The notes under the pieces: model-generated
Databases searched by the model: none
Seen by the model: only the letters and a program-made list of their open reading frames with translations
Told to the model about the DNA's origin: nothing
Shown: positions 44,576 through 57,753 of the stretch, piece by piece
Numbering within the stretch: position 1 is the first letter of the stretch
Layout: every line of letters starts with the position of its first letter
Assembly (NCBI GenBank): GCA_030698495.1
Contig: JAUYKA010000017.1
Span: forward strand, 1,319 to 65,318
Length of the DNA stretch: 64,000 bases
Direction: 5' to 3'
Origin: a bacterium
Lineage (GTDB): Bacteria > Patescibacteriota > Andersenbacteria > UBA10190
Position numbers and translations under genes: made by a program

Positions 44576-45399
44576 GCGACATTCACATCTCTCTGGCCGC
44601 GGAAAACATCTTTCACCTTGGCCCCTTCCCTATAAATAACTCCCTCATCGTCGGCGTCATCGGCAGTATTCTCACTTTCTTCTTGTTTTATATCACCGCA
44701 CGCATGGTTAAACTCCACCCCGCCAATCGCTTCAGCCAAGCCATTGAAGCCATTAGTGAAGCCATTCTCGATCTGATCGAGCAAGTTACTCAAAACCGCG
44801 AGAAAGCTATCCGGTTTTTCCCGTTTATCATGACTCTGTTCGTTTTTATCCTGCTTAACAACTGGCTGGGTCTTCTGCCCGGTTTTGGCTCCATTACTAT
44901 CAACACCGCCGAAGGCACCGTTCCGCTCTTCCGCGGCGCCAATGCCGACCTCAACACTACTCTGGCCCTGGCCATCATCTCCGTTGTTATGACTCACGTT
45001 TACGCCGTTCAACAACTTGGCCTTTTCCAGCACCTAAGCAAATATTTCAGCTTAAATCCAATCATGCTTTTTGTCGGTCTGCTGGAAATTGTCTCGGAAT
45101 TTTCCAAAATGATTTCCTTCTCCTTCCGTCTGTTCGGTAACATTTTCGCCGGCGAAGTCTTACTGGTAGTTATCAGCTACCTCATGCCTTTAGCCGCCCC
45201 CTTGCCTTTCTTTGGACTGGAACTGTTCGTCGGCTTAGTGCAAGCGCTGGTTTTTGCTATGCTAACCCTAGTCTTCCTGCAAATCGCCACTTCCGAACAC
45301 GGCGAACACGACCCCAAAAAGAAGGAACAGCCGAGCAAACCAGATCACCTAGTTAAAAAAACTGACATTGACATAGACAAAACGGTCGAAGTTGTCTAA
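44572..45399 (+). CDS. atpB: ATP synthase Fo subunit a
   Basis: NNWLGLLPG, ADLNTTLALA, SFSFRLFGNIFAGE, ELFVGLVQALVF. Confidence 0.96.
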   Translation: MSDIHISLAAENIFHLGPFPINNSLIVGVIGSILTFFLFYITARMVKLHPANRFSQAIEAISEAILDLIEQVTQNREKAIRFFPFIMTLFVFILLNNWLGLLPGFGSITINTAEGTVPLFRGANADLNTTLALAIISVVMTHVYAVQQLGLFQHLSKYFSLNPIMLFVGLLEIVSEFSKMISFSFRLFGNIFAGEVLLVVISYLMPLAAPLPFFGLELFVGLVQALVFAMLTLVFLQIATSEHGEHDPKKKEQPSKPDHLVKKTDIDIDKTVEVV

Positions 45400-45447
45400 A
45401 ATCTCATGTCAGTAACTAAAATAATCATTAATTAATAAACCAAAAAT

Positions 45448-45675
45448 ATGGATGCAGAAGTTTTCAAAATCATCATGCCCGGCGTCACTATCGTCTTGGG
45501 CAGTATCTTCCCGGCGTTTGCCATCGGTTGGATGGGTTCTCGCGCCATGGAAGCCATTGGCCGTAATCCCGAAGCTGCCGGTAAATTGCAGACGATCTTA
45601 ATTTTGGTCGTTGCTTTCGCCGAAGCTATCGCTATTTATTCTTTGGTTGTCGCCCTCATCCTGAAATTCGTCTAA
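45448..45675 (+). CDS. atpE: ATP synthase Fo subunit c
   Basis: EAIGRNPEA loop; FAEAIAIY. Confidence 0.96.
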   Translation: MDAEVFKIIMPGVTIVLGSIFPAFAIGWMGSRAMEAIGRNPEAAGKLQTILILVVAFAEAIAIYSLVVALILKFV

Positions 45676-45756
45676 TTGATGGTGCAGTCTGTCCGCGCGC
45701 CCTTACCCCGGAAAATCGCGCGGATTACCGTGTCATAAATTAACTCATTATCCGCC

Positions 45757-46314
45757 ATGCTTACTTTAATAGCCCTAGCCTCTGAATCCGCTCCCGAAGC
45801 CGCCACCGGCATCGCCTCTATTGGTTTGCAGTGGCAATCGCTGCTGCTGCAAATAGTTAACTTCGCTATTCTATTGTTACTCTTGCGTCTTTTTGCCTAT
45901 AAACCAATCCTCAATGTCCTGGAAACCCGCCGCCGTAAAATCGCCGAGGGACTGGCTAACGCTCAAGACATCGCTAAAACTAAACAACGCTTGGAAACGG
46001 ACAAGGCCGCTATCTTAAACCAGGCCCGCCAAGACGCTCAAGACATTATTGCCGCCAGTCGCACCCAAGCCAAGCAAATTATCCAAGATGCGGAAAACAC
46101 CGCCGGCACCAAAGCCAAGCAAAAACTGACTCAAGCCGCCGCTCAAATCAAACAGGAAGTCACTACAGCCCGTGACGGTTTAAAACAAGAAATGCGCACC
46201 CTGGTCGCTCTGGCTACCGAGAAAATAATCGGCGCTAAACTGGAATCATCCCGCGACCGGGAGCTAATTGAAGAGGCCATAAAATCGGCCGCTCATCCTC
46301 AACAACCGGAATAG
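45757..46314 (+). CDS. atpF: ATP synthase Fo subunit b
   Basis: QIVNFAILL..FAYKPI..LE.RR..I; coiled coil. Confidence 0.93.
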   Translation: MLTLIALASESAPEAATGIASIGLQWQSLLLQIVNFAILLLLLRLFAYKPILNVLETRRRKIAEGLANAQDIAKTKQRLETDKAAILNQARQDAQDIIAASRTQAKQIIQDAENTAGTKAKQKLTQAAAQIKQEVTTARDGLKQEMRTLVALATEKIIGAKLESSRDRELIEEAIKSAAHPQQPE

Positions 46315-46316
46315 TT

Positions 46317-46712
46317 ATGTCTGCCTACTCCCGCCAAAAATTCGTCCGCGCCCTTCTTTCCCTGCTGGAAAAACATCCTGTCAAATCGGTTGCCGCCGTT
46401 GCCGCCCCTGAAATTATCAAGCAAGGTTGGGCTAACTCACTGGATTTAATCAGTAACGACCTATCGCGCGAACTGCTGCGGCAAAAAAAACACCTGGAGA
46501 TTTCCCTGACTTCCGCTTACGACTTGCCTCATAGACTGCGGCAGCAAATTGCCAAGTTTCTGGCTGACCAAATCCATGCCGACACCACCCATGTCACTGT
46601 CACCATTGACCCCGCCCTGCTTGGCGGTTTTATCGCGACCACTCCCGCCGGTGAACTCGACGCTTCCTTGTCTTCGCAAATTAATCAATTAAAGCACCAA
46701 ACCAATGGCTAA
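46317..46712 (+). CDS. atpH: ATP synthase F1 subunit delta (short)
   Basis: TSA..L; [14 protein letters not shown]; operon position. Confidence 0.8.
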   Translation: MSAYSRQKFVRALLSLLEKHPVKSVAAVAAPEIIKQGWANSLDLISNDLSRELLRQKKHLEISLTSAYDLPHRLRQQIAKFLADQIHADTTHVTVTIDPALLGGFIATTPAGELDASLSSQINQLKHQTNG

Positions 46713-48252
46713 TATCTCTTTATCGGAACTATCCCAAGAACTGCGCGCCGCTATCAACGACCTGCAGTCATCGCCGGAAATAAAAAACGTCGGCCTGGTC
46801 ACTAAAATCGGCGACGGCATTGTCTGGATTTACGGTCTGGCCGATTGCGGCTACAACGAAATGATCGCTATTGAAAGCACTCAAGGTGAACCTATTTACG
46901 CTTTTGCTCTTAACTTAGAAGAAGACCAAATCGGCGCCGTATTACTTGGCGACGAACGCTATGTCAGTGCCGGCGCCAAGGCCCGCCTGACCGGCAAACC
47001 CCTAGCCGTTCCCGTCGGACCGGAACTGGTCGGCCGGGTCGTTGACCCGCTCGGCAATCCCATCGACGGCTTGGGTCCGATTAAAGCTTCGGCCACCAGT
47101 CCCGTGGAAAAAATCGCTCCGGGCGTTATTACCAGACAATCCGTTAAGCAGTCGCTTATGACCGGCATTAAAGCCGTTGACGCTATTATTCCTATCGGCC
47201 GCGGCCAGCGGGAACTCATTATCGGCGATCGCCAAACCGGTAAAACCGCCGTAGCCGTCGATGCCATCGTAAATCAGCACCGTCAGCAAACCGGTGTAAT
47301 TTCCATCTATGTTTCCATTGGTCAGAAAAAAAGCAAAGTAGCCCGCATCGTCGACCGCTTACGCCAGGAAGGTGCCATGGATTCCACTATTGTTGTTTTA
47401 ACCTCCGCTTCCGATCCGGCCGCTTTGCAATACATTGCCCCCTACGCCGGTTGCGCCATGGGCGAATATTTCCGTGACAACAAACAAGACGCCTTGATAA
47501 TCTACGACGATCTTTCTAAACATGCTTGGGCTTACCGTCAGGTGTCTCTGCTTTTACGCCGTCCGCCGGGACGCGAAGCTTATCCGGGCGATGTTTTCTA
47601 CATCCACTCACGCCTACTGGAACGCGCCGCCAAGTTGTCCGATGCCGAAGGCGGCGGTTCCCTCACTGCCTTGCCCATTATTGAAACGCAAGCTAATGAC
47701 GTTTCCGCTTACATCCCCACCAATGTTATTTCCATCACCGACGGACAGATATATTTGGAAAGCGATCTTTTCTATCAAGGTATTCGTCCCGCTATTAATG
47801 TTGGTCTTTCTGTTTCCCGTGTCGGCGGTGCCGCGCAAAGCAAGGCAATGAAATCCGTCGCCGGTCCTCTACGTCTGGAGCTGGCCCAATACCGGGAACT
47901 GGCCGCCTTTGCCCAGCTCTCCACCGACCTCGACCCCGACACCAAAAAACGCATCGACCGGGGACGCCGCTTAACCGAAGTGTTAAAACAGGGGCAGTAC
48001 GAACCAATGAGCTTAAGCGATCAGTTGGTGGTACTGCTAGCCGCTACCAGCGGCGCCTTCGATAATGTCCGGCCCGAACAGGTTCCCGCCGCCGCCCAAT
48101 CCGTGCTCGATGCCGCTCACGCTCAAGCCGCCGATATCCTCAAAAACGTGGCCGCTTCCGGTGAAATAAGCGATGCCGATAAAAACAAACTTATCTCCCT
48201 CGCCCAAGCTACCACCGTATCTCTATCCGCCAATGGAGCAACTAAGCCATAA
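46705..48252 (+). CDS. atpA: ATP synthase F1 subunit alpha
   Basis: [17 protein letters not shown]; [15 protein letters not shown]; SVSRVGG. Confidence 0.98.
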   Translation: MANISLSELSQELRAAINDLQSSPEIKNVGLVTKIGDGIVWIYGLADCGYNEMIAIESTQGEPIYAFALNLEEDQIGAVLLGDERYVSAGAKARLTGKPLAVPVGPELVGRVVDPLGNPIDGLGPIKASATSPVEKIAPGVITRQSVKQSLMTGIKAVDAIIPIGRGQRELIIGDRQTGKTAVAVDAIVNQHRQQTGVISIYVSIGQKKSKVARIVDRLRQEGAMDSTIVVLTSASDPAALQYIAPYAGCAMGEYFRDNKQDALIIYDDLSKHAWAYRQVSLLLRRPPGREAYPGDVFYIHSRLLERAAKLSDAEGGGSLTALPIIETQANDVSAYIPTNVISITDGQIYLESDLFYQGIRPAINVGLSVSRVGGAAQSKAMKSVAGPLRLELAQYRELAAFAQLSTDLDPDTKKRIDRGRRLTEVLKQGQYEPMSLSDQLVVLLAATSGAFDNVRPEQVPAAAQSVLDAAHAQAADILKNVAASGEISDADKNKLISLAQATTVSLSANGATKP

Positions 48253-48254
48253 TC

Positions 48255-50560
<2,306 letters not shown>

Positions 50561-50597
50561 TTCTATATTCTTGATTCTATCTTCTAAACTCTAATCA

Positions 50598-51041
50598 ATG
50601 TCCGATAAATTCTCCTTTGAACTCATCACTCCGGCCGGACTAAAATTCCAAGCCGATGTTTATGAGGTACTTCTCCCCACCCCGCAGGGACAAATCGGTA
50701 TTTTGCCCGATCACCGCCCACTGATTAACATTGTCTCGCCCGGCGTTATTAGCATCCGTCATAACCGCCAGCACACCGACGACCAACTCGAACACATGGC
50801 CACTGCCGGCGGCTTCGCCCAGATAGACGGCCGCCGCTTGCGTTTATTAGCCGATTTGGCCGAACGCGCCGAAGATATCGATGAGTTCAAAGCCAAAGCC
50901 GCACTGGAACGCGCCCGCGAGCTGCAGCACGCCGCCAAAGACCAGGTTTCCCTGGCCGACGCCACCGCCCTCATTGAACAAAACACCGCCCGCTTAAAAG
51001 TGGCCGAATTAAAGAAACGTAAAAAAACCTCACGATTGTAA
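50598..51041 (+). CDS. atpC: ATP synthase F1 subunit epsilon
   Basis: ELITP; GQIGILPDH; GGFA; AERAEDID. Confidence 0.95.
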   Translation: MSDKFSFELITPAGLKFQADVYEVLLPTPQGQIGILPDHRPLINIVSPGVISIRHNRQHTDDQLEHMATAGGFAQIDGRRLRLLADLAERAEDIDEFKAKAALERARELQHAAKDQVSLADATALIEQNTARLKVAELKKRKKTSRL

Positions 51042-51054
51042 AAATCACTGCCTC

Positions 51055-51175
51055 ATACCAACTTAACCAAATTACTGCTATCACGTCATGCCGGACTTGA
51101 TCCGGCATCCAGTTAAACGACGTGGATTCCGGCTTACACCGGAATGACACGGCATGAATTAGGTTAAGTTGGTAT
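51055..51175. repeat. Composite palindrome: inverted REP pair within outer inverted repeats (MITE/BIME-like)
   Basis: ataccaacttaacc.aatt ... aatt.ggttaagttggtat encloses gtcatgccggacttgatccggcatcc and ggattccggcttacaccggaatgac. Confidence 0.75.
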
Positions 51176-51237
51176 CACAACTCTGCTTCGAATCAAAATA
51201 AAAAACGCTTCGGCCATACTGGACCGAAGCGTAACCC

Positions 51238-51645
51238 CTAGCTCGCCGGATTAGCATCAATCAACCTCTCGAAGATTCTCAAGTTGTGTCGTAACAACTC
51301 GTTAACCGGTATTTTCTGCCAAGCCATCGAGACGTATTCTGTAGCGCCAGCCCGACGGCACTCTGCTCCCAGCTCCGGCAATCGCGAATCACTGATAGCA
51401 AATATCAGACACTTCTCGTTGGCTGCGAACACCTCCCTGATAATCTGCACGCCATCATGGCCGCCCAGGATTCCGTTGTCTGACACAAATACAACGGCCA
51501 CCTGAAAAACATTACCGGCTATCCGCTTTCTGGCATCCGTCAGGTCTTTTGCGGTTAGCACTTCCGCCCCCGCAAAAACTTCCCTCACTAACTCGGCTTC
51601 CCTTTCTGTCGTCGCTGCGAAAGGCGACACAATCAACGCTTTCAT
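51238..51645 (-). CDS. Atypical (pseudo-)receiver domain protein
   Basis: CheY-like pattern (MKALIV..; DGVQIIREV; IFAIS; AGATEYV) without the acidic pocket or conserved Lys; GGAGG RBS. Confidence 0.55.
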   Translation of the reverse strand: MKALIVSPFAATTEREAELVREVFAGAEVLTAKDLTDARKRIAGNVFQVAVVFVSDNGILGGHDGVQIIREVFAANEKCLIFAISDSRLPELGAECRRAGATEYVSMAWQKIPVNELLRHNLRIFERLIDANPAS

Positions 51646-51729
51646 CTTCCTCGTGCCTCCAAGCAAAAAGTAAAGGTACCAACACGCCAAGCCATAATAA
51701 ACTACCCCCACTCAAAGCGCAATAACCGC

Positions 51730-53274
51730 TCAAAAATCGCGCAGTTCAACCAAATCCAGTTTCCCATCGGTAAAATAATTGTCACCGTAAATGTTTTTAC
51801 CCAGCGTCGGCGGTACGAATTGCAATTGGTAGCCGGCCGCTACCACCCCGGCATTCTGCCAGTCCTTCAGTAAAAAATCTCTTTCCGTATCAATCGCCGG
51901 ATCAATCCGATGCGTTACCAGCCACTTCATTCCCGTATCCAAACTGACCGTGCCTATGTACAAAATCAATCCGTCCTCCGTCCGCAAGTCTGTCCGCCAA
52001 AATCGGGCGTGATGACGCGATCTCACCGAACGTGCTTCTGTCGGTTTTTGCCAGCCAAAATCATTCACCCGGTAATGCCAAAACGACGGCGTCATCGGGG
52101 CCGTCTCGTACTCTTTATTTTTTAATGCCCGCCACCCCGTACGATAAACCGTTTTAAGGGTAATTTTGTCCGCCTTTAACCATCCCGCCTTGATAAAAGC
52201 GCTCTCCAACTGCTCGTCGGAACGTGCCAGTACCATCAAACCAATCGGTTCCTGCGGATTACCAGCCAGTGTTTCGGTGAATTTTGGTAAACTGGCGCTG
52301 CCGAAAACGGCCGACGCTTCATTTATATCAGCCACTGTTATTACTTGATTGTCATACGTTTTGTGTGTGTTAACTACCGGCCGCTCCACTTCCGCCAATA
52401 TCGCCAGCCAGATCGCCGGTACAACCACCCCTATTACCAACCATTGCCACCAACGCCGCACCGATAACGCCATTGTCTTGGACTTGATCTTTCGCCAATG
52501 AACCAACCATTCCGTCAGCGCCACACCCACAATAACCCACAAAGCTCCCAGTAAATATCCCGACCACACATCGCTCCAATAATGTACTCCCAAATAAAGA
52601 CGGCTTAGACCAATCAAAACAATAACTGCCGCCCCGCCAATAACATACGCCGCCTTATGCCGCCAACGCCCGGCAAAACGAAACAGCGCGTACACACAAA
52701 AACCATACAGAGCCATAGCCGCCGCCGCGTGACTGCTGGGAAAAGAATATGACGACTCCAAAAAAACCGGTATCGGCCCGGCCGGCCGCGGTCGATGAAA
52801 GACCAGCTTACTCGCCGCCACAAAAGCATATGTCCCCAGCACTACCAGCCACAAGGATACAATTAACCAGCGCCGTTGCCGTACCCACCACCACATACTT
52901 AATGCCAAGGCCATCGGTAAGACAAACACAGTTTGCCCCAATATTGTCACCAATCCAAAGAAACTTACCACTTCCGGACTGCGCCATGCGTACAGCAGAT
53001 TAGCGATACGCGTGTCCGTCGATATAACCACCTCGCTGGTGATAACATTTTCTACCACCCCAAACAGCAGAAACAAAATATATATAAACAAGACAGTCAG
53101 TACCGTCAACGGCAATGCCGTAAACCGGCGCGGACTAAAACGGTCTCTAACCACCTTTACTGCCCTGGGATGCCGGGAAAAAAGACGCTGAACGTCCGGA
53201 TTCGACGCGACTGCTTCCTGTATTGAACGAGCAACCGACGCTACAAACTTAATTGTTCTTCTTTTTGACGCCAT
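51730..53274 (-). CDS. PAP2 phosphatase with an LssY C-terminal domain
   Basis: K..FHRPRP; SFPSSH; SRLYLGVHYWSDV; C-terminal TLAGNPQEPI, RHHARFW, THRIDPAIDTERD. Confidence 0.88.
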   Translation of the reverse strand: MASKRRTIKFVASVARSIQEAVASNPDVQRLFSRHPRAVKVVRDRFSPRRFTALPLTVLTVLFIYILFLLFGVVENVITSEVVISTDTRIANLLYAWRSPEVVSFFGLVTILGQTVFVLPMALALSMWWWVRQRRWLIVSLWLVVLGTYAFVAASKLVFHRPRPAGPIPVFLESSYSFPSSHAAAAMALYGFCVYALFRFAGRWRHKAAYVIGGAAVIVLIGLSRLYLGVHYWSDVWSGYLLGALWVIVGVALTEWLVHWRKIKSKTMALSVRRWWQWLVIGVVVPAIWLAILAEVERPVVNTHKTYDNQVITVADINEASAVFGSASLPKFTETLAGNPQEPIGLMVLARSDEQLESAFIKAGWLKADKITLKTVYRTGWRALKNKEYETAPMTPSFWHYRVNDFGWQKPTEARSVRSRHHARFWRTDLRTEDGLILYIGTVSLDTGMKWLVTHRIDPAIDTERDFLLKDWQNAGVVAAGYQLQFVPPTLGKNIYGDNYFTDGKLDLVELRDF

Positions 53275-53307
53275 GCCCGTCTCCAAAGCCAACCGACCGG
53301 TCTTGTC

Positions 53308-53436
53308 TTAACCTAACACCGCTAAAGACAACAGCAATAGCAATAAAAATACCACCACTATTCCGCAATAGGTAGCCAAACCCAGCGCCTGTAAAAACGC
53401 GATCAACTTTATGTTTTTTTCCGGCCGGCTCTTCAT
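53308..53436 (-). CDS. 42-aa hydrophobic ORF, possibly a gene remnant
   Basis: MKSRPEKNIKLIAFLQALGLATYCGIVVVFLLLLLLSLAVLG. Confidence 0.35.
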   Translation of the reverse strand: MKSRPEKNIKLIAFLQALGLATYCGIVVVFLLLLLLSLAVLG

Positions 53437-53564
53437 ATCCTTATTGTACACCAAGATTATACTTCTATACGACTGGCGCACTTTTAACCAATATCTGCCC
53501 CGAAGTCGGCGCCAGCAAAGTTGTCAGTATGTATATAATTGTTGTTTTCCCGCTCCGAGCGGAC

Positions 53565-54881
53565 TTAAATGAACAAAGATATCAAATATATCGCCGCCAG
53601 CAAGACTATTATTAAACCGCCAATCACGCTTACAATCAACTGCGACTGGTAATGAACCGTCCATTCCACTAAACGCCATTTCCACGTCTTTTTTCTCATG
53701 CCGCTCCCTAACTGCCGCGCCTGTTGATAAATTTCTTCATAAGCATCAAGTGTTCGCTGAAAATCATGCTTGGCAATCAATACCAGCGCTTGTTGCGAAA
53801 AACGTTCGTACATCCGGGAGTCATTTATGATTTGCTTCACTTTTTCCGCCGCACCAGCCGCGTCCCCCGGCGCAAACAGCCAACCATTAACCCCTTCATG
53901 TACCAATTCCGGAATTGCCATGGCTTTTGTCGCCACCACCGGCAACCCGTAAGCCATTCCTTCCATAATCGTCAACCCCTGCAGCTCTACTTCACTAGCC
54001 GTCACTAAAATATCGCTATTAGCGTACAACTCGCGTAACTCTTCATCTGATAACGCTCCGGCAAACTTAACTTTCTGTCCCAGGGTTAAATCACCAACTA
54101 ATTTCTCCAACACCGGCTTATGCTGTCCCTTACCGACAATTACCAGCTGCAGCGGCAACTCCTTCGGTAAAAATGACACCATTTTAATCAGCACATCAAA
54201 CCTTTTTTCCTGCTCCACCCTTCCCACCGTTACCAACTGCCATACGTGACCCGGTGCCTGCCGCCTTTTGGCCGCTTCTTCTGATGCGGTTCTTTTATAA
54301 AGAGACAAATCAATACCATTTGACACCGCCCTGACCGGATGATTGAATCCGTTTTCTTTCAAGATATCGGCTGCCGTCTGTGTTGGCGTTGTCACCACTG
54401 CCAACTGTCGGTAAACAAACCGAAATGACCGCCACAACACTTGCACCAGCATTCGGTAATTATTACTCCCTTTTTTTGCCTTTAAATAATGCAGTAAATT
54501 ATCCGGATGAAAATGATTTGTCCCTACCGCCGGTATGTCGCGCCACTCACTCTCTGTCAGTGCCGCCAGCCCTGTCGAGAAATGATCTTCCAAATGCACA
54601 ACATCCGGTTTAAACTCATCAAAAACCGTATCCATAAACGATCCGGCTAACGGCGCAAAACGGAAACCTTTATGCAGCATCAAAGGCAGCGACCCCAGAC
54701 GAAAAACAGTCACCCCGTTTTCTTGTGTTACCTCCATGGTTAACTTAGTCCCGGGACAAACCACACCCACCTTATAACCACGGCTTACTAAACCGTTAGC
54801 CAGCCGCTGTACCGCCTTGCCTAAACCGCTGATTTCCGGCGGATAGGTTTCGAGTGCGAATAAAATTCTTAATCCTTTCAT
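53565..54881 (-). CDS. GT4 glycosyltransferase with a C-terminal TM
   Basis: ETYPPEISG; SNGIDL; GRVEQEK; ELQGLTIMEGMAYGLPVV. Confidence 0.9.
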   Translation of the reverse strand: MKGLRILFALETYPPEISGLGKAVQRLANGLVSRGYKVGVVCPGTKLTMEVTQENGVTVFRLGSLPLMLHKGFRFAPLAGSFMDTVFDEFKPDVVHLEDHFSTGLAALTESEWRDIPAVGTNHFHPDNLLHYLKAKKGSNNYRMLVQVLWRSFRFVYRQLAVVTTPTQTAADILKENGFNHPVRAVSNGIDLSLYKRTASEEAAKRRQAPGHVWQLVTVGRVEQEKRFDVLIKMVSFLPKELPLQLVIVGKGQHKPVLEKLVGDLTLGQKVKFAGALSDEELRELYANSDILVTASEVELQGLTIMEGMAYGLPVVATKAMAIPELVHEGVNGWLFAPGDAAGAAEKVKQIINDSRMYERFSQQALVLIAKHDFQRTLDAYEEIYQQARQLGSGMRKKTWKWRLVEWTVHYQSQLIVSVIGGLIIVLLAAIYLISLFI

Positions 54882-55474
54882 ATTTTCTTCGTCAAATAAT
54901 TCCTTATTGCTAACTGAATAATAACGTAAACCAAAAGCGCCCCGCCCAACCCTAGTAAACCGAACCAAGTACTGTACGCCAGATACTTACCGATAATACT
55001 ATGCGCCTGGCCAAACAGATACCCGATTATAACAAATACTAAAGTCTTCGGGAAAGTGGCCAGCGCGTTGAACCATAAAAACGGCCGGTAGGGCATCTTG
55101 GCTATCCCCGCCGCCAGCAAAAATGGCATGCCCACCACATGCGTTAATTTCGCCGTCAATAAAGTCCGTCCGGAATATCTTTCAAAAAAATTCTCCAGCG
55201 CGATAATCTGTGGCGCCGTCACGCCGATATAATGACCCCACCGCTCAACGACTTTTATCCGCCCGTAATAACCTACCGCGTACCAGAAAGAATCTGACGT
55301 CAAGTCGGCCGCCACAATCAATAAATATAAAATGACGATAGTAAAATATCCTTGCGCCGCCAAAAAAGAAGAGACGATAGTAACTATCGGCCCTTCAAAA
55401 AAAGCTAAAATGAAAACCAGCGGATACCCATACTGCGTCAGTAAAAGAAGTGGAATATCAACCATCATAATCAC
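54878..55474 (-). CDS. DedA/VTT family membrane protein
   Basis: FFEGP; D..WYAVGY; AGIAKMPYRPF. Confidence 0.88.
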   Translation of the reverse strand: MIMMVDIPLLLLTQYGYPLVFILAFFEGPIVTIVSSFLAAQGYFTIVILYLLIVAADLTSDSFWYAVGYYGRIKVVERWGHYIGVTAPQIIALENFFERYSGRTLLTAKLTHVVGMPFLLAAGIAKMPYRPFLWFNALATFPKTLVFVIIGYLFGQAHSIIGKYLAYSTWFGLLGLGGALLVYVIIQLAIRNYLTKKI

Positions 55475-55520
55475 AAGCTACAAAGTCGACGACACCCCGT
55501 CAACTACTGGCTACATGTCT

Positions 55521-55916
55521 TTAAACGTCATCTTCCTTGGCCAAATCCAGACACACCGAGTTAATGCAATATCTCTTGCCTCCTTTGTCCCGCGGACCGT
55601 CATCAAACACGTGCCCCAAATGCGCACCGCATTTCTTGCACACCACTTCCGTGCGCTTTATCCCATGACTAGTGTCTTCCTTGAGTTCTATATGAGCCAA
55701 GTTAGCCGGCTCGGTGAAACTGGGCCAACCCGTGCCCGAATCAAACTTAGCGTCGGAGGCAAACAAAACATTACCGCAAACAGCACACTTATACATCCCC
55801 TTCTCGTGACTACCTGCATACTTACCGCTAAAAGGAGTTTCTGTTCCTTTGCGCCGTGCCACCCGTAAAAGCTCCGGGTCCAACTCCTCATCTTTTTTTA
55901 CGTGCTCTTTACCCAT
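55521..55916 (-). CDS. msrB: Peptide-methionine (R)-S-oxide reductase
   Basis: [35 protein letters not shown]. Confidence 0.96.
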   Translation of the reverse strand: MGKEHVKKDEELDPELLRVARRKGTETPFSGKYAGSHEKGMYKCAVCGNVLFASDAKFDSGTGWPSFTEPANLAHIELKEDTSHGIKRTEVVCKKCGAHLGHVFDDGPRDKGGKRYCINSVCLDLAKEDDV

Positions 55917-55932
55917 AAATACTCGTTAATGT

Positions 55933-56130
55933 TTAAGTAATTCTTGATATTTCTCCTTCTACTTCCGCATGTCCCGTCCGGCCCGTCGCCACTTGCTCGT
56001 AACTGGGATTTTCTTCTTTACCGCCGGCATAGCCCGGCATAACGGAAACAACTCCCCGCAACTGCCCAAATACCGCCTCCGTGCACCAGAAGCACCCGCC
56101 ACCAAATACCGCTGTTCCTCTTTCTGCCAT
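55933..56130 (-). pseudogene. msrA: Truncated msrA (N-terminal 65 aa only)
   Basis: [27 protein letters not shown] followed by an early stop directly upstream of msrB. Confidence 0.8.
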
Positions 56131-56148
56131 GTTAACATTGTAACAAGA

Positions 56149-56841
56149 ATGTCAAATATGAATACTACAAAGGTGACCCTAAAACCGCCATTATTCATCA
56201 TCACCCTGGCTCTACTAATTATCGGCGCCTTTATCTGGAAGTCACTCCCCGACATAACTTCTCCGGTATTGCCAGAGCCTAGCAATCCTCCTGTCACTCC
56301 CGCCCAAACAGTTCTCTTACCCACCCGGCAACCCAAAACACCCTCCCTTATCGAACCAGTTGCTCAATTCAAACAGCGTGTCACTAAAAAACCTTTTGGT
56401 ATATATGTAACCCCGCAAAATTCTCCCGTTCAGCCCGAGCGCTTTACCGGCTATCATACCGGTGCTGACACCGAATATGCAGATATTGCCGGCCCTGTTC
56501 CGGTTTATTCTGTCGCTGCCGGCCGGATTCTAACCGCCCAATGGGTTTCCGGCTACGGCGGCCTGGTAGCAGAACAAATAACTATCAATAATCAGCCCAT
56601 AATAGCAATTTACGGACATCTTAACCCGTCTTCTCTGCCTTCAGTTGGACAACAAATTTCAGCCGACGAGCAAGTCGGCCTTCTAGGTACAGATTATACC
56701 AACCAGACCGACGGTGAAAGAAAGCACCTGCATTTCAGCTTAGTCAAAGACACCGCCGTTAACCTAAAAGGTTACGTCCAAAACAAATCCGCCCTCTCCG
56801 ACTGGATAGATCCTATGAGCCTAAATTACACTTCACCTTAA
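56149..56841 (+). CDS. M23 family metallopeptidase, membrane-anchored
   Basis: HTGAD, YGG, YGHL, HLHF. Confidence 0.88.
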   Translation: MSNMNTTKVTLKPPLFIITLALLIIGAFIWKSLPDITSPVLPEPSNPPVTPAQTVLLPTRQPKTPSLIEPVAQFKQRVTKKPFGIYVTPQNSPVQPERFTGYHTGADTEYADIAGPVPVYSVAAGRILTAQWVSGYGGLVAEQITINNQPIIAIYGHLNPSSLPSVGQQISADEQVGLLGTDYTNQTDGERKHLHFSLVKDTAVNLKGYVQNKSALSDWIDPMSLNYTSP

Positions 56842-56883
56842 ATCAGCCGTCTTCCGATAAACAAACACAGCGAGTTCAGCTCC

Positions 56884-57052
56884 TGTATTTACTGTACTCG
56901 CTTCGCCCGCCGAAGCCTTTGGCGAAGGCTGGGCTTCGCCCGCCGACCGTGTCCCTCCGTAGCTTTGTGCGAAGGGGGAAGCTTTAGGCAAAGGCTGGGC
57001 TTCGCCCGCCATAGCCTTTGGCGAAGGCTGGGCTGTATTTACTTTATTTACT
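56884..57052. repeat. Three tandem CTTCGCCCGCC..GAAGGCTGGG hairpins (one with a nested copy) inside a 9-mer array
   Basis: ctgtatttactgtactcg [cttcgcccgccgaagcctttggcgaaggctggg] [cttcgcccgccg..nested tgtccctccgtagctttgtgcgaaggggg..aagctttaggcaaaggctggg] [cttcgcccgccatagcctttggcgaaggctggg] ctgtatttactttatttact. Confidence 0.8.
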
Positions 57053-57072
57053 TTCTTCGCCGTTCTCTCTGT

Positions 57073-57447
57073 TCAGAAATGTAATTTCTTTGCCAAACTG
57101 CCCACCAACGGCAAGTCTTTCGTCTGTCCTTTACTCACATTGACCAATCCCATAATAGATAGTACTAAAATTGCCAGCTGTATCAACGCTCCTAACCCGG
57201 CGAACACGTAAAGGAAGCTGCTGATAAACCAGCCTATAGTCAGCACCAGGCCCTGCTTGGCGTGAAATTGCGCGAATTTACTGTCTTTTTTTGCCAGCAT
57301 GGGCACTAAAAACAATATCCCTATGTAGCTCAAATAAGTTACACCCTTATCCTGATCCACGCTTCCTCCCGACATATTCGGCTGGCCTTGATTCTGGCCA
57401 GGATTTGGGTTCGGGTTCGGATTTTGACTCTGATATTGTTGATCCAT
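57073..57447 (-). CDS. DUF4870-like membrane protein
   Basis: LSYIGILFLVP..KDSKFAQFHAKQGL; LPLVG. Confidence 0.82.
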   Translation of the reverse strand: MDQQYQSQNPNPNPNPGQNQGQPNMSGGSVDQDKGVTYLSYIGILFLVPMLAKKDSKFAQFHAKQGLVLTIGWFISSFLYVFAGLGALIQLAILVLSIMGLVNVSKGQTKDLPLVGSLAKKLHF

Positions 57448-57621
57448 TTAAATCACCTTCCTTCCTTAATAGTTTTACGATTTATCATCTCTTTCCCCAC
57501 TTTTCCCCTATTTAAAAGTGTACTACAACCATACTATAATGAAAAACCGCCCGCGGTCTTGACACACAAGACACACACGAGCGGTGAAGACAAACAAGCC
57601 TACGCTGAAAACTGAAACGCC

Positions 57622-57753
57622 CTAAGGCATGTTCCAATCAGACTCATTGATGCGATCTCTCTCGGCAAGCTGTAAACTGATGGGGGGCCTGTCCTCCTGC
57701 TTCTCCTCCTCGAGCCTTTCCTCTTCCGCTTCAATTTGGCCTTGTTTCTCCAT
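57622..57753 (-). CDS. Small acidic protein (43 aa; absent from the ORF track)
   Basis: GAAGGAG RBS; MEKQGQIEAEEERLEEEKQEDRPPISLQLAERDRINESDWNMP. Confidence 0.5.
   Translation of the reverse strand: MEKQGQIEAEEERLEEEKQEDRPPISLQLAERDRINESDWNMP

Noticed and set aside
44317-45033. 238-aa minus-strand ORF and other long antisense ORFs (for example 32365-32949, 26455-26991, 59504-60118)
   Set aside because: They are shadows of well-supported genes on the opposite strand or in another frame.
56900-57033. Mini CRISPR array
   Set aside because: The units are directly adjacent without unique spacers, and the same hairpin is dispersed elsewhere.
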